Shown here: positions 1 through 11,045 of the stretch, in pieces | Position numbering within the stretch: the stretch's first letter is position 1 | Layout of the letters: every line of letters begins with the position of its first letter | DNA from: Polyangiaceae bacterium | GTDB taxonomy: Bacteria > Myxococcota_A > Polyangia > Polyangiales > Polyangiaceae | Assembly (NCBI GenBank): GCA_016712345.1 | Contig: JADJRH010000002.1 | Coordinates: 136,466-200,465, forward strand | Direction of reading: 5' to 3' | DNA: 64,000 nucleotides | Made by a program: the position numbers and the translations under genes | The notes under the pieces: generated by a model | The model's input: the letters and a program-made list of their open reading frames with translations, nothing else | Databases searched by the model: none | Told to the model about the DNA's origin: nothing

Positions 1-366
1 TCGATCGCCAGTTCACCCGCGTTACCGGGTAGACTTTTTGCAACCACGTTTGTGCGGGATTTTGAAGGGTATCACGACACCAAACAGCGCCTCTCGGTGT
101 TTGATATTTCCAATCCCGACGCGCTTGTTCTCACCTACTGGAGTGAAGACTTGGGCGGCGCGCGTGATGTGACAGCCCGAGACGACAAGCTCTTTGTGGC
201 CGCAACAGAACAGGGGATCTTGGTGTTTGATGCTTCGGTTCCCGATGTACCGGTGTTGGAAGGTGCCATTGCAACGCGCGGGTCGGCGCGTGGTCTGACA
301 TTGGTGGGCGAGGCCCTGTATGTGACCAAATACGGCGGCGGGTTGGGTGTGGTAAATCTAAAGTGA
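1..366 (+). CDS. C-terminal fragment of a beta-propeller repeat protein (LVIVD-like repeats). The 5' end lies outside the window because frame 1 is open from position 1.
   Basis: Open frame from the window edge to the stop at 364-366. The segments GILVFDASVPDVPVLEG and GEALYVTKYGGGLGVVNL resemble LVIVD beta-propeller units. Confidence 0.4.
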   Translation, partial: SIASSPALPGRLFATTFVRDFEGYHDTKQRLSVFDISNPDALVLTYWSEDLGGARDVTARDDKLFVAATEQGILVFDASVPDVPVLEGAIATRGSARGLTLVGEALYVTKYGGGLGVVNLK

Positions 367-420
367 CCGGCCGAAAAAACTTCTGAGCCGGAACCGTTCA
401 ATCAATGCAACCCTGTCGGC

Positions 421-699
421 ATGGATTGGAAGCTGTTCGGGTCAACGTTTTTGGCCATTTTTCTAGCTGAAATGGGCGATAAAACGCAGCTCGCAACTCT
501 GTCATTTGCGTCGAGCGGATCGTCACGGTGGACAGTGTTCGGCGCGAGCGCAACGGCCCTTGTTGCCACTTCGGCCATTGCGGTGATTGCGGGCGAAGCG
601 GTGGCTCGTCACATTCCACCGGTGTGGATTCGTCGCGCGGCCGGGGCGCTGTTTATCGCTCTTGGGGTGTGGACGCTTGTAAAGGCCAATTCCACCTGA
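421..699 (+). CDS. Single-domain UPF0016 / GDT1 (TMEM165) family cation transporter subunit, 92 aa
   Basis: Contains the E-x-G-D-(KR)-(TS) signature (EMGDKTQ) plus hydrophobic helices. It is half the size of two-repeat family members, and no partner half is adjacent. Confidence 0.7.
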   Translation: MDWKLFGSTFLAIFLAEMGDKTQLATLSFASSGSSRWTVFGASATALVATSAIAVIAGEAVARHIPPVWIRRAAGALFIALGVWTLVKANST

Positions 700-767
700 C
701 TAACCATGTCGCGCCACCGCGCTTTTGACTATTTCGCGCAGCGACGGTGCCAATTGGTTGTTGACGG

Positions 768-3700
768 CTAATGGGCCTGAATACGGTCCATTGACAACAG
801 GCGTTTGTTGTCGGGCACGTTGTTTAAGAAACGGTCGCGCAGCGGGCCTTGCGGAAAGCGTGTAGCCCTTTCAGATAGCCAATTTCGCGCTTCAGCGAGG
901 GCTGTGCGCGCCCGCTCTGTCAGGTTTGCCGCACTCAACGCTTCAACAAGTGTGGCGCGTACACACGCTTCACCTTGGACCATTTGACCTTGCCGATCGA
1001 GAAGCGTCGCCGCGTTTTCTGCGGCTTCCAAAGCCGAATCTACCCGACCCGCACGCAAGAGTACACGCGCGGAAGTTGCCAGAGAATACGCTTTGATAGG
1101 GGCCATGTTTGCCGCCAGTGCAGCGCTCTTTTGGGCTTCGATTTCAGCGCGCCCAAGTTGATTGGCTTCATAGAGTACCTCGGCCAAAGCGCGCCTCGCA
1201 ATGGCCTCCATGCGCTGATTTTTGCCACTCACGAAGCCCCCAATGGCCTCTTGGACATGGGACTCCGCTTCCACAAATTGGCCTTTTCTACCCAGCAAAA
1301 GGCCCAGATGAATGCGCGCGTTTAATACAACGTGTGCGAGGCCGAGCTGCTGAGCACGTTCAATTCCCGAGGTGAGTGCCAGTTCTGCACCCGCGACATC
1401 ACCGATTTCAAGGCTTGTCCAGCCGATATTAGCAGACTGAGCACAAGCGCCGCGCACGTCGCCGGCTTCTTCAAACATCGTTTGAGAAAGGGTCATGTGT
1501 TCAACGGCGGGCAGACAATCACCCATTTCGGCCGCATGTGTACCCCGAGCAAGGTGTACCCATGCTGCCGCCGCGGGCTCGGCGAGCACCGCGCTGTCGG
1601 CGTGCGTTTCGAGGTGCAAAAGGAGCGCTTCGGCCGGTAAACGAAGGCCCGCGAGTACAAGTGGAATGGAGGCGCGCGCAGCTGCGACGGTCATTACCGA
1701 GGTGACAGCCCCATTGGCCCGCACAATCTCGGCAATGAGTTCAGACGCGGCCGACTCAAGCCGATCGCGATCGCCCAGTTTTCCGCTCGCAATGGCTGCT
1801 TGGCTCGCTGCCATGTACCACTTGGAGCCGCCGCGCGGCAGAAGCGCCATGGCTTCAAGCGCGGCCTGCTGTTCAAGCGCGGGCTCACCCCGGTAGCGAA
1901 ACACTTCGGCCGCAATCAACTTGAGTCCACCTCGCTCGTCGCCGAACGCACCGCAAACGATTCCACGTTCGGCACAAGAAAGAGCCGCATCAAGGTCATT
2001 TCCTTCAAGCGCCTGTTCCGCCGCACCGAGGTAAAACGAGGCCGCCCTCGCCAAGTCGCCGCCCAACTCAAAGTGACGTGCGAGGGCGGCCGCATCGCGT
2101 TCACCCACGTTTACAAGCCATTGCGCCGCGAGCAGATGACCGAGTGTTCGATCGGCGTCGGTGAGCATTGCGTACGCAGCCTCGCGCACGATGGCATGTC
2201 GAAATGTGTACTCTTCACTTTCTGCGAAACGCCCGTCGTCGTGCAAAACAATCAACTCGCGTTCCAACAGTTCTGCGAGCCAGCCGCTCACGTCTGGGCT
2301 TTTTGATTCTACCCCGATGAGCGCTTCAACCCCGGCGCGCCAAAACGACGATCCAAAAACGCTGGCCGCGCGAAGGAGGCGGCGCGCGTCGTTCTCCATG
2401 TTTTCGAGACGTGTACGCACCATTGCGAGCACGGTGCCGGGCACTTTTTCTCCGCGACCTTCCACTTCAGCTCGAATGAGTTCTTCTAGAAAAAAGGCGT
2501 TTCCACCCGCGTGTTCAACAATGTGGGCAACTCTTTCTGGAGCGGCGTTTTTGCCGAGCACTTCGCGTACGAGTCGCTCCCCCGCGCGTTTCGACAGTTC
2601 TGGAAGAGCCACCTCCATGACATGACTCGACCGGAACAAACCCGCGAACGAAGCGAGCACGTTGGGCCTGCCGAGGGCGAGAACAAACAGCGGCAGATCG
2701 CGCCTTCGGAGCAGCCCGTCGATTAGTTTGGCGGTGGGTAGATCACCCCAGTGCAAGTCTTCAAGCACGAGCAAAATGGGCTGTTTTTCACACTCCGCGT
2801 GCACAAAATCTTCCCATGCGCGGCGCATTTGATCCCCCATCAACATGGTGTCGTTGCGAGCCGCGCGCAGTTTTGGACTCACGTCTTCTGGAAACGCAAC
2901 GCCCACGATTTCGCCTAGAAACTCGGCAATGCGTACCTCGTCCGATGGGTCGACTTCGGCGCGACGAACGCGCGAAAGGAGTTTTTCAACTTGTACACTC
3001 GCAGGTTCGTCGTCGCGCAGATCGGCCAGTTTTCGAAGGATTTGCGAAAGCATTCCAAACGGCGATTTGTGGCGCATTGGATCGCCGCGCGCGATCCACA
3101 CTGAGAAATCGGGCGGAACTCGACTCAACAGTTCACGCAAAAGCCTTGATTTTCCGCCTCCGGGCGGTGCTGTAACAACCACGGCGCGCGTGACAGGCTC
3201 TTCTGCGCACTCGGTGAGAGTGGATTGAAGCAACGTCAGTTCGCGCTCGCGGCCCACAAACGGCGTGGGTTTTCCAAGCAATGTGCGACCTATCGGTTCA
3301 TCGGATCGCAGGCCAACAAGACGCGATCCGTGGACGTCTTTTTCAATCACAGCGCGTCCGCCGAGCAACGCCGCCGTGACATCGTCGATTCGAATGCTGA
3401 AAGGTACACTTTCTTTTTCAGCGCGCCGCTCTTCAACGCGAACCAGTTGAGCCGCCACTTCAAGCGCTTCACCTACCCATTGGCCGGCTGAAACTTCACC
3501 GCTTCCGGTGACGAGACTCATGGCTCCGAGTGAGACTTCTGAACGAAGCGCGAGCGCACATTGCGCGGCCATGAGCGCTTGATCTTGTGCGGCTGTTTTG
3601 CCCGTCACAATCGCGAATACGGTTCCGTCAACGAGCCGATCGACACGAGCCGCGTCGGGGCCGAAGAGTCGCGCCAGGCGTGAAACCTCGGACATCATCG

Positions 3701-4673
3701 CTGTTTTTGATGTGGTGATATCTTCCGGGCCGGCGAGACGCAGCGCAGGGCGCACAAGGACAACGCTTGCAACGCGCCTTTCTCCACCGGTGAGCGCCGC
3801 TGTTTTGCCGGTTTGGGAAAGCGCGTTGGATGTGGTGTCGCCACCCGAAACGGTGCGTTCTGTGAGACCGTCGAGCGAGCGTGCAACTTCGGCGGCGCTT
3901 GGCCTTTCACTCGGGTCTTTGGCCAACATCCGGGCGAGCAGGCGGTCGAGTTCACGCGGCACATTGGGGTTGACCTGACGTGCGCGCGGCAGCTCCGTGA
4001 CAAGCACTTTGGCGAGGACTGCCATGGCGTCATCACCTGAAAATGCGCGTTTTCCAGTGGCGCACTCAAAGAGTACACATCCGAGGGAAAACACATCGGC
4101 GAGCGACGAAACTTCACGAGAGCCGCGGGCCTGTTCAGGCGCCATGTACGCAATTGTTCCGAGAACGGCCCCGTAACTTGTGGCTTCACGCGCGGGTTCG
4201 GGAACGCGGGCCACACCAAAGTCGATAATTTTGACTTGGCTCACTTGGCCGCCGCACAGAAACAAGTTTGACGGTTTGATATCGCGGTGAACGATCCCCG
4301 CTGCGTGCGCGTGCGATAGGGCTTCCGCAATTCGAAACCCGAGCGCGACGGTTTCACTCATGCGCAGCTCGCGCCGTTTGAGACAGTGGCGAAGGTCTTC
4401 ACCGTCGAGCCATTCCATGGCGAGGTAAGGCCGCTCATCGTCGAGTTCGCCGTGGTGTACATACCGGACAATCCCGGGGTGGCGGAGCTTCATAAGCGCG
4501 TGCGCCTCGCGGACCATGCGCGGCGCTTCGATCATGGCGTAGGGGTGGAGCACCTTGAGCGCGACGGGCTGATTTGTCTCAAGGTCGCGCGCCTGGTAAA
4601 CGGCGCCCATTCCGCCTTTTTCCGCGAGGCGTTCGAGTTCGAATCTGCCTTTGAGCACGTCGCCCGTGCGCAT
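768..4673 (-). CDS. Multidomain Ser/Thr protein kinase with an AAA/STAND-type P-loop NTPase and C-terminal TPR repeats (1301 aa)
   Basis: The N-terminus has a kinase G-loop (GGMGAVY), ALKVL, catalytic HRDIKPSNLF, DFG and APE. The middle has Walker A (TAPPGGGKSRLL) and hhhhD LVLEDLHW. The C-terminus has repeated TPR-like helices. Confidence 0.9.
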   Translation of the reverse strand: MRTGDVLKGRFELERLAEKGGMGAVYQARDLETNQPVALKVLHPYAMIEAPRMVREAHALMKLRHPGIVRYVHHGELDDERPYLAMEWLDGEDLRHCLKRRELRMSETVALGFRIAEALSHAHAAGIVHRDIKPSNLFLCGGQVSQVKIIDFGVARVPEPAREATSYGAVLGTIAYMAPEQARGSREVSSLADVFSLGCVLFECATGKRAFSGDDAMAVLAKVLVTELPRARQVNPNVPRELDRLLARMLAKDPSERPSAAEVARSLDGLTERTVSGGDTTSNALSQTGKTAALTGGERRVASVVLVRPALRLAGPEDITTSKTAMMSEVSRLARLFGPDAARVDRLVDGTVFAIVTGKTAAQDQALMAAQCALALRSEVSLGAMSLVTGSGEVSAGQWVGEALEVAAQLVRVEERRAEKESVPFSIRIDDVTAALLGGRAVIEKDVHGSRLVGLRSDEPIGRTLLGKPTPFVGRERELTLLQSTLTECAEEPVTRAVVVTAPPGGGKSRLLRELLSRVPPDFSVWIARGDPMRHKSPFGMLSQILRKLADLRDDEPASVQVEKLLSRVRRAEVDPSDEVRIAEFLGEIVGVAFPEDVSPKLRAARNDTMLMGDQMRRAWEDFVHAECEKQPILLVLEDLHWGDLPTAKLIDGLLRRRDLPLFVLALGRPNVLASFAGLFRSSHVMEVALPELSKRAGERLVREVLGKNAAPERVAHIVEHAGGNAFFLEELIRAEVEGRGEKVPGTVLAMVRTRLENMENDARRLLRAASVFGSSFWRAGVEALIGVESKSPDVSGWLAELLERELIVLHDDGRFAESEEYTFRHAIVREAAYAMLTDADRTLGHLLAAQWLVNVGERDAAALARHFELGGDLARAASFYLGAAEQALEGNDLDAALSCAERGIVCGAFGDERGGLKLIAAEVFRYRGEPALEQQAALEAMALLPRGGSKWYMAASQAAIASGKLGDRDRLESAASELIAEIVRANGAVTSVMTVAAARASIPLVLAGLRLPAEALLLHLETHADSAVLAEPAAAAWVHLARGTHAAEMGDCLPAVEHMTLSQTMFEEAGDVRGACAQSANIGWTSLEIGDVAGAELALTSGIERAQQLGLAHVVLNARIHLGLLLGRKGQFVEAESHVQEAIGGFVSGKNQRMEAIARRALAEVLYEANQLGRAEIEAQKSAALAANMAPIKAYSLATSARVLLRAGRVDSALEAAENAATLLDRQGQMVQGEACVRATLVEALSAANLTERARTALAEARNWLSERATRFPQGPLRDRFLNNVPDNKRLLSMDRIQAH

Positions 4674-4793
4674 TGCGAACCGCCTCCGAACAGAAAAACC
4701 AAGGGCAGGCTACTCGCATTCGAGCGTCAAAAGCGAGCAGATACCACGGAGTTATTCAGGAGCGTGCTTTGCGACCCCGTTCGACTGGGTCTG

Positions 4794-6557
4794 TTATTGG
4801 GCGCCAAGTTCGGCGAGCACGCGATCGCGAATGAGGGGGATAGCGGGTGAGCCGTGCGATAGGAGCGCGTCGTGGAATCGCTTGAGGGAGAACTTGTCTC
4901 CGAGCTTCTTTTTGGCTTCTTCGCGCAATTCCAAGATTTGGATTTTGCCCAGTGTGTACGCAAAATACCCGGGGTCAAATGTGCCGCGCACAGCCTGTTC
5001 TCTCGCGGTGGCCTTGTCTTGGAAACAGTCTTTCTGAAAGCGTTTGGCGACCTGATCCAAACTCAACCCTTCGGTGTGAATGCCCAGTGATGCGGCAAAC
5101 CGACAGTTGCGAAGAAGAGCATCGGAGAGCTGACCAAGCTTGTTTTGTGGGTCGTCCGCGCCAAACCCTTCTTCAAGCATCATTTGTTCTGTGTAGTGTG
5201 CCCACCCTTCAATGAATGAATAGGCACCGAACGTCATTTGAACACGGGTGGGGGCCTTTCGCTCCCATTGACCTTGAAGGAAGTGTCCAGGATACACTTC
5301 GTGTACAGTGGTAGAAAGAAGGGTGCCCCACGGCATAATGTACTCTTCCTGCTCTTTTTTGGGCCAAGAAGGATCGGGAAGAGTGATGTAATAAAAAGCC
5401 GTGGTGGCCACTTTTTCGTAAGGGCCGGGTGGGTTGAGAAAAGCGCTGTTCCAGCGCATGAAGGGTGGAGTTTCTTTTAAGACGGCTTTGTCTTCCGTCG
5501 GGATTGTCACCAGGTCTTTTTTAACCAAAAACTCACGCGAAGCGTCCATGAGTTTGGTGGCCCCGGCGAGCAGTTCAGACGCCTGCGGCCTGGAGATTTT
5601 CGCCTTCTTTTGAAGGGCCTGATAGGCCTTCTTGTTCTCAAGGAGGTTTTTTTCTCCCATTGCTTTGAAGTCGGCGAGGGAGGTGGATAGGCCTTCTTGG
5701 ACGAAGAGGAGTTTTTTATACTTGTCCGGCCCCAAAACATGGGAGTTGTCGGCGCGCGGCAACTCCACCTTTGTCAGATGGTCGACGATCTTCTGCGCCT
5801 CAGCGGCAAGCGAGGAGTTCGTCTGTTTGAACTCAGATTGAAATGCCGCGTCCCCCACATCTTTCAACTGTTTGACAACATCGTTTTGCAGGTAGTCAAC
5901 ATACCCCTTGTAGACCTTAATTGCCGTTTCTGTCACCGCTTTGGAAAGGGGACCACTCAAGTTGGCCGTGATGTGTTTCACCTGCAAAAGAGCGGCTTTT
6001 TCGTGCGTAACAAGCTGTTTGGCGCGGTCCGCAATGGGGGCGTAATCTCGGTCCAAATAGGCATTTACCCCAAACAGATCTTCATAGAAGCGGGGGTTCT
6101 TTTGCCATTCGGCCATGTCGACGGCGCGAAATAGGTACAGATCAATCTGTTGAAGCAACACGGCCTGGTCGAGCGCTTCGTTCGGCGAGAGTGCCGCTTT
6201 GTCGATTGCAGCAAGTTCAGCGCGAGCTTTTGTGAGCGCGTCAATGCGCTTCAAAATGGCGGTTTTATCGTAGTCCGCGACGCGACCGTCATATTCGTGC
6301 AACCCCAACTCACGGCCTTTTGACGGGTCGGCGTTGAGCCAATCGGTGATAAAGCGCGATGAAAAAGCCGCGAGCTTGAGGCCCGGGGTATTAAACCCCT
6401 TTGGCTTAATTGACACTTTCTTTTCGCGCGGCGGTGCGGCGAGCGGCATTCCCGGTGGAGGGGCCGGCGCCTTCCACTCGGCACAGGCCGAGCCGAGCGC
6501 TGCGGTGACAAGAAGCAGAGCAGTGGCAAAACCGGGTCGCGATGTTTGAGTGCGCAT
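4794..6557 (-). CDS. DUF885 family lipoprotein (putative Zn-metallopeptidase-like). The likely start is the internal Met at 6557 rather than the ORF-track start at 6764.
   Basis: HEVYPGHFLQ matches the DUF885 HExxPGHH motif. From Met70 the sequence has signal-peptide/lipobox features (LLLVTAALGSAC). The longer ORF would overlap the divergent kinase gene. Confidence 0.75.
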   Translation of the reverse strand: MRTQTSRPGFATALLLVTAALGSACAEWKAPAPPPGMPLAAPPREKKVSIKPKGFNTPGLKLAAFSSRFITDWLNADPSKGRELGLHEYDGRVADYDKTAILKRIDALTKARAELAAIDKAALSPNEALDQAVLLQQIDLYLFRAVDMAEWQKNPRFYEDLFGVNAYLDRDYAPIADRAKQLVTHEKAALLQVKHITANLSGPLSKAVTETAIKVYKGYVDYLQNDVVKQLKDVGDAAFQSEFKQTNSSLAAEAQKIVDHLTKVELPRADNSHVLGPDKYKKLLFVQEGLSTSLADFKAMGEKNLLENKKAYQALQKKAKISRPQASELLAGATKLMDASREFLVKKDLVTIPTEDKAVLKETPPFMRWNSAFLNPPGPYEKVATTAFYYITLPDPSWPKKEQEEYIMPWGTLLSTTVHEVYPGHFLQGQWERKAPTRVQMTFGAYSFIEGWAHYTEQMMLEEGFGADDPQNKLGQLSDALLRNCRFAASLGIHTEGLSLDQVAKRFQKDCFQDKATAREQAVRGTFDPGYFAYTLGKIQILELREEAKKKLGDKFSLKRFHDALLSHGSPAIPLIRDRVLAELGAQ

Positions 6558-6734
6558 GCGGGGCCGAAGCGTCGCCTTGCGCCGCGTTTTGGTCAAGGCA
6601 CGCGATTCGACAGACACCACGCGGAGCGGCGACCGCCTCGCCGATCGATTTGGTTTCACCCGGGGAACCAATCGTTCCATAAACGCCACTTCATTCGTCG
6701 GCGCGTGTTTCGGTCCGGCGGCGTCTCGCTTGTC

Positions 6735-8147
6735 ATGCCCACAGATCCCGAGGTTTTTGGCCAATTTTTGTTGGTGCAGCCGCTCGCCCAGAGCGCCATG
6801 GCCCAGGTGTTTCTTGCCGTTCGATTGGGAGACACATCGGGCAGGCTCCTCGTTCTCAAACGTCCACCGCTCGGTGAACGACCCTCAGGCCGGGCGGCGC
6901 AGGCTCTATTTCGCGAGGCGGAAGTGCTTTCTCAGGTGCGAGGCGCCGGCATCGTCACGCTCGAAGCCGCGGGAGAAATTGCGGGGCTGCCGTACGTTGC
7001 CGTGGAGCGCCTGCGGGGCCAAACGCTTGCCGGCCTGCTTGAACGCAACGCCCCGTTGCCCAGTGAAAGTGTGCGCATCATTGGTAAAGACATCGCGCGC
7101 GCGCTGGCAAAACTTCACGCCGCCGGCTGGGTACACCGCGACGTAACCGCATCGAACATTTTTGTCGACGATGCCGGCGAGTGTACACTTATCGATTTCG
7201 GCTTGTGCGCCCGAGTCGGCGACGAACGCGGCGGCGACATTGTGGGCACGCGGGGTTACGCCGCGCCCGAGGCGGCAACGGCGGGCGCCGCACACCCGCC
7301 CCGCGATGTGTACGGGCTCGCTGTGTGTTTGGCTGAAGCGGCTCTCGGAAGGCGGCTGTTTCAAGAAGCCGGTTTGGTCGAGGCGGCCGGGCGCGAAATT
7401 CCACCACGTGTACACAACTTGGGCCGCGAGATCGACGGCCTCGTCCGCGCCCTCGATCGCGACCCGAACGCGCGGCCAACGGCGGCTCAATGGGCGGAGA
7501 TGTTTGCGACCGGCGCCTCCCGTGAAGTGCTCGCAGAGCGTGTGACGCTGTTCACCTCCGGCGCCGACCCTTCGAGTGTACCCACGCACTCGGCGCCTCG
7601 AAATACCTTGGAAGCGGAGCCGGTGATGACGGCGCTCGCTCCAATGGCCGCTCCCGCCCAGGCACCCGTTCTCACTCCCACGGCCGCGATGCCAAGTGTT
7701 TCAGGCGACGGCGCTGAGAAGATCCCAACGCTTCGCGAGGCGCCGATTGTACACATTCCGCGCCAGACGCCTTTGAACGTTGATACATCGCGACCGCCGC
7801 CCACATTGCGTACACGTTCGTCGGCGCCTGCGATCGTCATTGCGCTGGTGTTCGTTGTGGCGGCTCTCGGAGTGGGGTTTTTTGTCGGTCGTTTTTCGCA
7901 GCGCGGGCGCGGTCCGTCGTTTTCTATCGACGGCAACGTTTCAAAGCGAACCGATGTGTACCTCGACGGGAGAAAGCTGACGTTTGCCGACGGCGTGGCG
8001 ATGCCTGTGTCGCCGGGCAGTCATGCGTTGACGCTCGTGACGCAAAAAGGCGCGCGCCGTGAAATTCCCTTTGCGGTGAAACCCGGGGAACACTTGGTGC
8101 TTGTGCTCCCCGAACGCGCGCCCAATGCACCGGCCGACGACCCGTAA
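6735..8147 (+). CDS. Membrane-anchored Ser/Thr protein kinase (start taken at MPTDPEV)
   Basis: HRDVTASNIFVDD, DFGLCARVGD and GTRGYAAPE motifs. A Pro/Ala-rich linker is followed by one TM helix (APAIVIALVFVVAALGVGFFVG) and about 90 aa of extracytoplasmic tail. Confidence 0.85.
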   Translation: MPTDPEVFGQFLLVQPLAQSAMAQVFLAVRLGDTSGRLLVLKRPPLGERPSGRAAQALFREAEVLSQVRGAGIVTLEAAGEIAGLPYVAVERLRGQTLAGLLERNAPLPSESVRIIGKDIARALAKLHAAGWVHRDVTASNIFVDDAGECTLIDFGLCARVGDERGGDIVGTRGYAAPEAATAGAAHPPRDVYGLAVCLAEAALGRRLFQEAGLVEAAGREIPPRVHNLGREIDGLVRALDRDPNARPTAAQWAEMFATGASREVLAERVTLFTSGADPSSVPTHSAPRNTLEAEPVMTALAPMAAPAQAPVLTPTAAMPSVSGDGAEKIPTLREAPIVHIPRQTPLNVDTSRPPPTLRTRSSAPAIVIALVFVVAALGVGFFVGRFSQRGRGPSFSIDGNVSKRTDVYLDGRKLTFADGVAMPVSPGSHALTLVTQKGARREIPFAVKPGEHLVLVLPERAPNAPADDP

Positions 8148-8216
8148 CGCGCGATGTTTCGGCGTGAAAAAAGTGCCAACACGCGCATCTGCCCAATGTG
8201 CTAAGCGGGGGGCGTT

Positions 8217-8236
8217 GCGGGGGGTCGGCCCCCCGC
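8217..8236 (+). other. GC-rich perfect hairpin (GCGGGGGG-tcgg-CCCCCCGC) between the kinase and the EamA gene. It has no U-tail, so its function is uncertain.
   Basis: 8-bp inverted repeat with a 4-nt loop, read directly from the sequence. Confidence 0.4.
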
Positions 8237-8240
8237 CCCA

Positions 8241-9197
8241 ATGACAAAGGACACGCGTTCAAGCGGGTTTGTGACAGTGATTCTCACCCTGACAGGGTGG
8301 GCGAGTGTGCCTCTGTTTCTGCGGCATTTTGCAGAATCGATTGATGCGTACACATCCAACGGCATTCGGTACGGGTTTGCCGCATTGCTTTGGCTGCCGG
8401 TGCTTCTTTGGAATGGCAAAAAAGGCACCTTGCCAAAGGGCTTGTTGCAAAAAGCTGTTATGCCCAGTGTTTTCAACTGCCTCGGTCAAGTGGCATTTGC
8501 GCTCGCCCACTACCGCACGCCGCCCGGCCTTTTAACGTTTGGCATGCGCACCCAAATTGTCTTTGTGGGACTCGGTGCCGCGGCCCTTTTTCCAGCCGAA
8601 AGAAGGCTCCTGCGCTCACCGCAATTTGTTGCTGGAATGGCCCTTGTTTTCGGCGGCAACGTTTTGATGGCGCTGCTCGGCAATGTCTTTCAAGGGGCCA
8701 GCGGAGAAGGCTTCTTGCTGGCAGTGCTCGCGGGTGTACTTTTTGCCGCCTACGGCCTGAGTGTGAGGCGCAATATGCACGGTCAGCCACCGATATTGGC
8801 CTTTTCTGTAATCAGTCAGTATACGGCTCTCGGGATGGTGACACTTATGCTCCTGTTGGCCAAAAATAGGGGCATGGTTGTGTTGAGTTTGCCCCGGGGC
8901 GAAATAGCCTTGTTGCTTCTTTCGTCGGTGATCGGGATCGCGCTCGGCCACGTGTTTTATTACGTGAGCATTGCGCGACTCGGCATCACCGTGACTGCCG
9001 GCGTGATTCAGCTTCAACCGTTCTGCGTTTCAGCGGCTTCGTATTTTCTTTTTGCCGAGCGTCTCACAGCGGGTCAGTGGCTCGGCGGTCTTGTGGCGCT
9101 GAGCGGTGCGGTACTCATGCTCATCACCCAACACCGCTTGCTTCGAGTGACCACCACTTCAGATGTGTCCACTGCGCCGACATCTTCGCGCGCGTGA
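8241..9197 (+). CDS. EamA/DMT superfamily transporter (10 TM)
   Basis: Two repeats of five hydrophobic helices typical of EamA-domain permeases. The hydropathy pattern is read from the translation. Confidence 0.7.
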   Translation: MTKDTRSSGFVTVILTLTGWASVPLFLRHFAESIDAYTSNGIRYGFAALLWLPVLLWNGKKGTLPKGLLQKAVMPSVFNCLGQVAFALAHYRTPPGLLTFGMRTQIVFVGLGAAALFPAERRLLRSPQFVAGMALVFGGNVLMALLGNVFQGASGEGFLLAVLAGVLFAAYGLSVRRNMHGQPPILAFSVISQYTALGMVTLMLLLAKNRGMVVLSLPRGEIALLLLSSVIGIALGHVFYYVSIARLGITVTAGVIQLQPFCVSAASYFLFAERLTAGQWLGGLVALSGAVLMLITQHRLLRVTTTSDVSTAPTSSRA

Positions 9198-9229
9198 TTC
9201 AGCGCGATCGGCGTGGCGATCGTGCTATC

Positions 9230-10684
9230 GTGCGACCTCTCCGCGTGACGACGACGCCCAAACCCACAGGCAGTGCCCCCGCGGGATCCAAGCGCATTCC
9301 CGTAACCGAGGTGATTGAAGCCACCACGGGCCCGACCGTTCGGCGCATTCGAAAGCTGCGCGTTGAGATCGTCGACGCGCGCGAAGACCGCGACAAAAAC
9401 GCGGTTTTTACGTTTGCTCAAGATGAAGTTCGCATCGGCTCCAGTGAAGAAGCCGACGTGCCGCTCGCCGATGCATCGGTGTCGCGTGAACACTTGGCAG
9501 TGAGGCTTTCAGCCGCGGGGTATGCGCTGCTTGACCTCGGATCCACCAATGGCACGTTCGTTGGCGATCTGCGCATCGAGCGCGTCACGATCGCGGAGCC
9601 AACCCTCATTCGGCTCGGTCAAACAGTCCTGCGTCTCGTTCCGCTTGCCGAGTCGGTGGAGCAGGAGATCTCGCCGCGCGCGCGCTTCGGTCGCATGCTC
9701 GGACAAAGCGCCGCAATGCGTGAAACGTTTGCGTTGCTTGAGCGTGTGGCGGCAACCGATCTCACCGTTCTTCTCGAAGGTGAAACGGGCACCGGCAAAG
9801 AACTCGCAGCCGAAGGACTTCACGAGAGCAGTGGGCGCAGCGGTGACTTCATCGCCGTAAACTGCGGAGCCATTCCACGCGAACTTTTGGAAAGTGAGCT
9901 TTTGGGCCACGAAAAAGGCGCATTCACGGGCGCCGACAGACCTCGGCCCGGCGCGTTTGTGGCAGCTGATCGCGGCACCATTTTTCTCGACGAAGTGGGT
10001 GAATTGCCGCTCGACATGCAGGCCAAGCTCCTTCGCGTTCTTGAACGCCGCGAGGTAAAGGCTGTTGGATCCGATCGCGCGCGGAGCGTGGATGTGCGGG
10101 TGATTGCCGCCACAAATCGATCGCTCGCGCGTGAAGTTGCCGCCGGGCGTTTTCGCCAAGATTTGTACTTTCGTCTCGCGGTTGTTGTGGTTCGCATTCC
10201 GCCGCTTCGAACACGCGCCGGTGATGTACGCATGTTGGCCGAGCACATTCAGGACGAGCTTGCTCGCAAGCGTTCGGCCGCAGGTTTGCCACCGCTCGCA
10301 CGTCTCGACGAGCGCGCCATGCTCATGCTCCTTCGCTACGATTTCCCAGGAAACGTGCGTGAATTGCGAAACGTTGTGGAGCGCTGGGCGGTGCTTGGCG
10401 CGGTGGGTGCACCCGGAGATCCCGCGGCGTGGGCGGGCGGCGCGGGCGGCGGTGCCGAAGCAGGTGTACACATGGGTTCGGGCGGCGATGTGGATCGTGC
10501 GCTCTTGTCGCTGCCCTATCACGAAGCAAAAGATGAGTGGGTGGAGCGCTTTGAGCGCGCGTACCTCACCACATTGCTCGAACGCTGCGATGGAAACGTT
10601 TCACGTGCGGCGCGGGAAGCGGGCGTTGATCGGCGCCACGTGCAGCGCATGATGACGCGCTTTGGAATGAAGGGCGGCGATTAA
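9230..10684 (+). CDS. Sigma-54-dependent transcriptional activator with an N-terminal FHA domain (GTG start near 9230-9245; the ORF-track start at 9077 overlaps the upstream gene)
   Basis: FHA core ([23 protein letters not shown]). AAA+ sigma-54 interaction domain ([29 protein letters not shown]). C-terminal Fis-type HTH ([23 protein letters not shown]). Confidence 0.9.
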   Translation: MRPLRVTTTPKPTGSAPAGSKRIPVTEVIEATTGPTVRRIRKLRVEIVDAREDRDKNAVFTFAQDEVRIGSSEEADVPLADASVSREHLAVRLSAAGYALLDLGSTNGTFVGDLRIERVTIAEPTLIRLGQTVLRLVPLAESVEQEISPRARFGRMLGQSAAMRETFALLERVAATDLTVLLEGETGTGKELAAEGLHESSGRSGDFIAVNCGAIPRELLESELLGHEKGAFTGADRPRPGAFVAADRGTIFLDEVGELPLDMQAKLLRVLERREVKAVGSDRARSVDVRVIAATNRSLAREVAAGRFRQDLYFRLAVVVVRIPPLRTRAGDVRMLAEHIQDELARKRSAAGLPPLARLDERAMLMLLRYDFPGNVRELRNVVERWAVLGAVGAPGDPAAWAGGAGGGAEAGVHMGSGGDVDRALLSLPYHEAKDEWVERFERAYLTTLLERCDGNVSRAAREAGVDRRHVQRMMTRFGMKGGD

Positions 10685-11045
10685 AGCCCCTGGCACGTCA
10701 ACCGTGACGCGCACTCGGCGGGCGGGGCGGTGTTAAGCCGCCGTGTGTACACTCAATGGTGAGCGTCGCCGCGCGAGAAAAACCAGCCGAGAAACGCCGC
10801 GAGCGAGATCGCACCAAACAGACCGCCGAGGAAAACCGGAAAGGACATGGTGCGGACAATACCCAATCTTTTATTGGAAGGGGAAGCCTCGACGGAAAAC
10901 TGCGGAGCCGTCCGCAGGTGCGGATGTGCTACCGCACCCTAAATCAAAGGGATTTCTCGAACAAACGAGCGATCGAGAGTCGGCACGCAGCGTGCAATTA
11001 CGCAATCCCGTAAGCCGCACAACCTGCCGCGGCAAGGAGACTCAA

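Noticed and set aside
10694-10712. TGGCAC-containing sequence upstream of the secreted Lys/Gly-rich gene as a sigma-54 promoter
   Set aside because: No TTGCW element lies at the correct 4-5-nt spacing after TGGCACG, so it does not fit the -24/-12 consensus.
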